Origin: the human T2T-CHM13v2.0 reference genome, Homo sapiens
NCBI RefSeq assembly: GCF_009914755.1
Contig: NC_060939.1
Strand: one strand, 5' to 3'
DNA: 64,000 bases
Numbering within the stretch: position 1 is the stretch's first letter; the number at the start of each line of letters is the position of its first letter. The translations under genes were made by a program, and so were the position numbers. Positions 58,101 to 64,000 of the stretch are shown here, in pieces. The notes below the pieces were generated by a model. That model was given only the letters and a program-made list of their open reading frames with translations. It did not search any database and was not told where the DNA came from.

Positions 58101-61100
58101 TTCTCAGAATCCTTCTGTGTAGTTTTTATGTGAAGATGTTTTGTTTTCTACCATAGGGCGAAATGGGGCTCCAAATATCTACTTGCATTTTCTACAAAAA
58201 GAGAGATTCTAAGCTGCTCAATCAAAAGATAGGTTCAACACTGTTAGTTGAATGCACACATCCCAAAGAAGTTTCTCAGAATGCTTCTCTGTAGTTTTTA
58301 TGTGAAGATATTTGCTTTTCCACAATAGGCCTCAAATCGTTCTAAATATCCACTTGCAGACTCTACAAAAAGAGTGTTTCCAAATTGCTCAATCATAAGG
58401 TAGCTTCAACTCTGAGAGTTGAATGCACACATCATAAAGAAGTTTCTCAGAATGGTTCTGTGTAGTTTTACTTTCAAGATATTTCATTGTCCAAAACAGG
58501 CCCCAAAGCTCTCCAAGTATTCACTTGGAGATTCTGCAAAAAGAGTGTTTCAATACTGCTCAATAAAAAGAAAGGTCCAACTCTGTGTGAGGAATGCATT
58601 CATCACAAAGAAGTTTCTCTGAATGCTTCATTGTAGTTTTTATATGAAGATATTTCCCTTTCCAACACAGGTTGCAAAGAGCTCCAAATATCCACTTGCA
58701 GATTCTACATAACAAGAGATATGAAAGTGCTCCATGAAAAGATAAGTTCAACTCTGTGAGTTGAATGCACACCTCACAAAGAAGTTTCTCAAAATGCTTC
58801 TGCGTAGTTTTAATGTGAAGATATTTCCTTTTCCAAATAGGCCTCAAAGTTCTCCAGATATCCACTTGCAGATTCTGCAAAAAGAGAGACTCAAAACTGC
58901 TCAATCAAAAGATAGTTTCGACTCTGAGAGTTGAATGCACACATCAGAAAGTAGTTTCTCAGAAGTCTTCTGTGTAGTTTCTATGGGAAGATATTTGATT
59001 TTCCACAGTAGGCCTCAAAGCGCTCCAAATATCCACTCGCAGATTCTGCAAAAAGAGAGACTCAAAACTGCTGAATCAAAAGATAGTTTCAACTCTGTGA
59101 CTTCAGTGCACACCTCACAAAGTTGTTTCCCAGAATGCTTCTGTGTAGTTTTTATATGAAGATATCTCCTTCTCCAAAATAGATCCGAAAGTTCTCCAAA
59201 TATTCACTTCCAGATTCTATGGAAAGATTGTCTCAAAACTGCTCAATCAAAACAAAGGTTCAACTCTGTGAGATGAACGCACACATCACAAAGTAGTTTC
59301 TCAGAAATCTTCTGTGTAGTTTCTATGGGAAGATATTTGATTTTCCACAGAATGCCTCAAAGGGTTCCAAATATCCACTTGCAGATTCTGCAAAAAGAGA
59401 GACTCAAAACTGCTCAATCAAAAGATAGGTTCAACTGTGTGAGTCCAAAGCACACATCACAAAGAAGTTTCTCAGAATGCTTCTGTGTAGTTTTTTTGTG
59501 AAGATATTTGATTTTCCACAGTAGGCTTCAAAGCACTCCAAATATCCACTCGCAGATTCTGCAAAAAGAGAGATTCAAATCTGCTGAATCAAAAGATAGG
59601 TTTAACACTGTGACTTCAATGCACACCTCAGAGGGGTGTTTCTCAGAAAGCTTCTGTGTAGTTTTTATATGAAGATATCTCCTTCTCCAAAGCAGATCTC
59701 AAACCCCTCCAAATATTCACTTCAAGATACTACGGAAAGATTGTCTCAACACTGCTAAATCAAAACAAAGGTTCAACCCTGTGTGATGAATGCACTCATC
59801 ACAGAGAAGTTTCTCTGAATGCTTCTGTGTAGTTTTTATTTGAAGATATTTGCTTTTCCAGTATAGGGTGAAATAGGGCTCCAAATATTCACTTGCAGAT
59901 TCTACAAAAAGAGAGATTCCAAACTGCTCAATCAAAACATAGGTTCAACACTGTGAGTTGAATGCACACATCACAAAGAAGTTTCACAGAGTGCTTCTGG
60001 GTAGTTTTCATTTGGGGATATTTCCCTTTCCACAATAGGCCTCAAAGCTTTCCAAATATCCACTTGCAGATTCTGCAAAAAGAGAGATACAAAACTGCTC
60101 TATCAAAAGATAGATTCGACTCTGTGAGTTGAATGCAAACAACGCAAAGAAGTTTCTCAGAATGCTTCTGTGTAGCTTCTTTGTGAATATGTTTCATTTT
60201 CCACCATACGGCGAAATGGGGCTCCAAATATCCACTTGCATTTTCTACAAAAAGAGAGATTCTAAGCTGCTCAATCAAAAGATAGGTTCACCCCTGTTAG
60301 TTGAATGCACACATCCCAAAGAAGTTTCTCAGAATGCTTCTGTGTAGCTTTTAGGTGAAGATATTTCCTTTTCCACAATAGGCCTCAAAGCTCTCCAAAT
60401 ATCTGCAAGCAGAGTCTACAAAAAGAGAGATTCAAAACTGCTCCATGAAAAGATAGGTTCAACTCTGTGAGTTGAATGCACACCTCCAAAGAAGTTTCTC
60501 AGAATACTTCCGTGTAGTTTTTATGTGAAGATATTTACTTTTCCACAATTGTCCCAAAGCTCTAAAATATCCACTTGCAGACCCTCTAAAAGAGTGTTTC
60601 AGAATTGCTCAATCAAAGGAAAGGTTCAATTCTGTGTGACCAATGCACTCATCACAAAGAAGTTTGTCTGAATGCTTCTGTGTAGAATTGATTTGAAGAT
60701 AATTCCTTTTCCACCACAGTCCGCAAAGGGCTAAAAATATCCACTTGCCGATTCCACAAAAAGAGAGATTCAAAACTGCTCAATCACAAGATAGGTTCAA
60801 CTTGGTGATTTGAAAGCACACATGACAAACAATTTCTGAGAATGTTTGTGTTGTTTTTAAGGGAAGATATTTGATTTTCAAATGTAGGCCTCAAATCGCT
60901 CCAAATATGCACTTGCAGATTGTACAAAAAGAGAGATTCAAAACTGGTCACTCAAAAGATAGGTCCAGCTCTGTGAGTTGAATGCAAACCTCACAAAGAT
61001 GTTTCTCAGAAGGCTTCTGTATAATTTTTATATGAAGATATTTGCTTTTCCACAATATGCCTCAAATCTCCCCAATTATCCACTTGCAGATTCTACAAAA

Positions 61101-64000
61101 AGAGTGTTTCAAAACTGCTCAATCAAAATACACTTTCAACTCTGTGAGATCAATGCACACATCACAAAGAAGTTTCTCAGAATGCTTCTGTATAGTTTTT
61201 ATCTGAAGTTATTTGCTTTCCCACGATAGGCCTCAAAGCACACCAAATATCCACTTGCAGATCCTATGAAAAGAGTGTTCCAAAACTGGTCAGTCATAAG
61301 ATAGGTTTAATTCTGTGAGTTGAATGCACAATCACAAAGAAGTTTCTCAGAATGCCTCTGTGTAGTTTTTATTTGAAGGTAGTTTCTTTTCCACCATAGG
61401 TAGCAAAGGGCTCCAAATATCCTCTTGCAGATACAGCAAAATGAGAGATTCAAAACTGCTCATTCAAAAGATAGGTTCAACTCTGTGAGTTGAATGCTCA
61501 CATAACAAAGAAGTTTCTCACAGTATTTCAGCATAGTTTTTAAGTGAATATATTTTCTTTTCCAAAATAGACCTCAAAGCCCTCCAAATATCAACTTCCA
61601 GACTCTACAAAGGCAGTGTTTCAAAACTGCTCAATCAAAAGAAAGTGTCAACTCTGCGAGATATACGTACACATCACAAAGAAGTTTCTCAGAATGCTTC
61701 TGTGTAGTTTTTATTTGAAGATATTTCCTTTTCCACCATAGGCCGCAAAGGGCTCCAAATATCCAAATGCAGATTGTACAAAAAGAGAGATTCAAAACTG
61801 GTCACTCAAAAGATAGGTTCAGCTCTGTGAGTTGAATACACACATCAAAAAGAAGTTTCTTAGAGTGCCTCTATGTAGATTTTATGTGAAGATATTTGCT
61901 TTTCCACAGTAGGCCTCAAATCGCACGAAATATCCACTTGCAGTTTCTACAAAAAGAGTGTTTGCAAACTGCTCCATCATAAGATATGTTCAACTCTGAG
62001 AGTTGAATGCACACATCACAAAGAAGTTTGTCAGAATGCTTCTGTGTGGTTTTAATTTGAAGATATTTCCTTTTCCAAAACAGGCCTCAAAGCTCTCCAA
62101 ATATCCACCTGGTTATTCTGCAAAAAGAGGGTTTCAATACTACTCAATAAAAAGGAAGATTCAACTCTGTGTGAGGAACGCATTCATCACAAAGAAGTCT
62201 CTCTGAATGCTTCTGTGTAGTTTTCATATGAAGATATTTCCTTTTACACCACAGGGTGCAAAGAGCTCCAAACTTCCACTTGCAGATTCTACAAAAAGAG
62301 ATATTCAAAACTGTACAATCAAAAGATAGTTTCAACTCTGCATGTTCAATGCACACATCACAAAGAACTTTCTCTGAATGCTTCTCTGTAGTGTTTGTTT
62401 ATGGGAAGACATTTGCTTTTCCACTATCGGGTGAAACAGGGCTCCAAGTATCAACTTGCAGATTCTGCAAAAAGGAGATGCAAAACAGCTAAATCAAAGA
62501 TAACTTCAACTATTTGAGTTGAAGGCACACAGAAAAAAGAAGTTTCTCAGAATACCTCTGTGTAGTTTTTATGTGAAGATATTTGATTTTCCACATTAGA
62601 CCACAAAGTGTTCCAAATATCCACTTGCAGATTCTACAAAAAGAGTGTTTCAAATCTGCTCAATCAAAATAAACTTTCAACTCTGTGAGATCAATGCACA
62701 CATCACAAAGAAGTTTCTCAGAATGCTTCTGTGTAGTTTTTTTTGTGAAGATATTTGAATTTCCACAGTAGGCTTCAAAGCACTCCAAATATCCACTCGC
62801 AGATTCTGCAAAAAGAGAGATTCAAATCTGCTGAATCAAAAGATAGGTTTAACTCTGTGACTTCAATGCACACCTCACAAGGGTGTTTCTCAGAAAGCTT
62901 CTGTGTAGTTTTTATATGAAGATATCCCCTTCTCCAAAGCAGATCTCAAAGCCCTCCAAATATTCACTTCAAGATTCTACGGAAAGATTGTCTCAACACT
63001 GCTAAATCAAAACAAAGGTTCAACACTGTGTGATGAATGCACTCATCACAGAGAAGTTTCCCTGAATGCTTCTGTGTAGTTTTTATTTGACGATATTTGC
63101 CTTTCCAGTATAGGGCGAAACAGGGCTCCAAATATTCACTTGCAGATTCTACAAAAGGAGAGATTCCAAACCGCTCAATCAAAACATAGGTTCAGCACTG
63201 TGAGTTGAATGCACACATCGCAAAGAAGTTTCACAGAGTGAAACTGGGTAGTTTTAATTTGAGGATATTTCCCTTTCCACAATAGGCCTCAAAGCTTTCC
63301 AAATATCCACTTGCAGATTCTGCAAAAAGAGAGATACAAAACTGCTCTATCAAAAGATAGATTCGACTCTGTGAGTTGAATGCAAACGTCGGAAAGAAGT
63401 TTCTCAGAATGCTTCTGTGTAGCTCTTTTGTGAATATGTTTCGTTTCCAACAATAGGGCGAAATGGGGCTCCAAATATCCACTTGCATTTTCTACAAAAA
63501 GAGAGATTCTAAGCTGCTCAATCAAAAGATAGTTTCAACACTGTTAGTTGAATGCACACTTCCCACAGAAGTTTCTCAGAAATGTTCTGTTTAGTTTTTA
63601 AGTGAAGATATTTCCTTTTCCACAATAGGCCTCAAATCTCTGTAAATATCCACTTGCAGACTCTACAAAGCCTGTTTCCAAACTGCTCAATCATAAGATA
63701 GGTTCAACACCGATAGTTGAATGCACACATCACAAAGAAGTTTCTCAGAAAGCTTCTGTGTAGTTTTTGATGAAGATATCTTCTTCTCTAAAACAGAACT
63801 CCAAGCCGTCCAAATATTCACTTCAAGATTCTACGGAAAGATTGTCTCAAAACTGCTAAATCAAAACAAAGGTTCAACTCTGTGGGATGAATGCATTCAT
63901 CACAAAGAAGTTTCTCTGAATGCTTCTGTGCAGTTTTTATTTGAAGATAATTGCTTTTCCAGTATAGGGCGAAATAGGGCTCCAAATATTCACTTGCAGA
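58101..64000 (-). repeat. Alpha satellite, family 1, diverged higher-order-repeat-like zone
   Basis: Distinctive monomers recur in ordered blocks. 59465-60390 matches 62712-63637 at offset 3247 (19 monomers), also visible as paired ORFs 59717/62964 and 60042/63289. Confidence 0.75.

Overview
Hominoid (human/great-ape) pericentromeric DNA with no intact protein-coding gene. About 56 kb is diverged ~171-bp alpha satellite of the A-box type, and I saw no CENP-B box. It is interrupted by two dead minus-strand LINE-1 elements. Copy A (1-3506, 3' part outside the window) is early-L1PA3-like and keeps the ~129-bp ZNF93-bound 5'UTR segment. Copy B (27691-32443) is late-L1PA3/L1PA2-like, lacks that segment, has a ~1.35-kb internal ORF2 deletion and a candidate short 3' transduction, and has no target-site duplication. 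The satellite flips strand across copy B and flips back at ~50731, giving an ~18.3-kb inverted block. Two monomer families alternate in layers: family 1 (SF4/M1-like) and family 2 (loosely dimeric, possibly SF6-like). There are many in-register local duplications and a diverged higher-order-repeat-like zone at 58-64 kb. All ORFs inside the satellite are translation artefacts. I found no evidence of a new gene-encoded system; the interest lies in the rearrangement and retrotransposon history. Coordinates and offsets were read by eye and are approximate.
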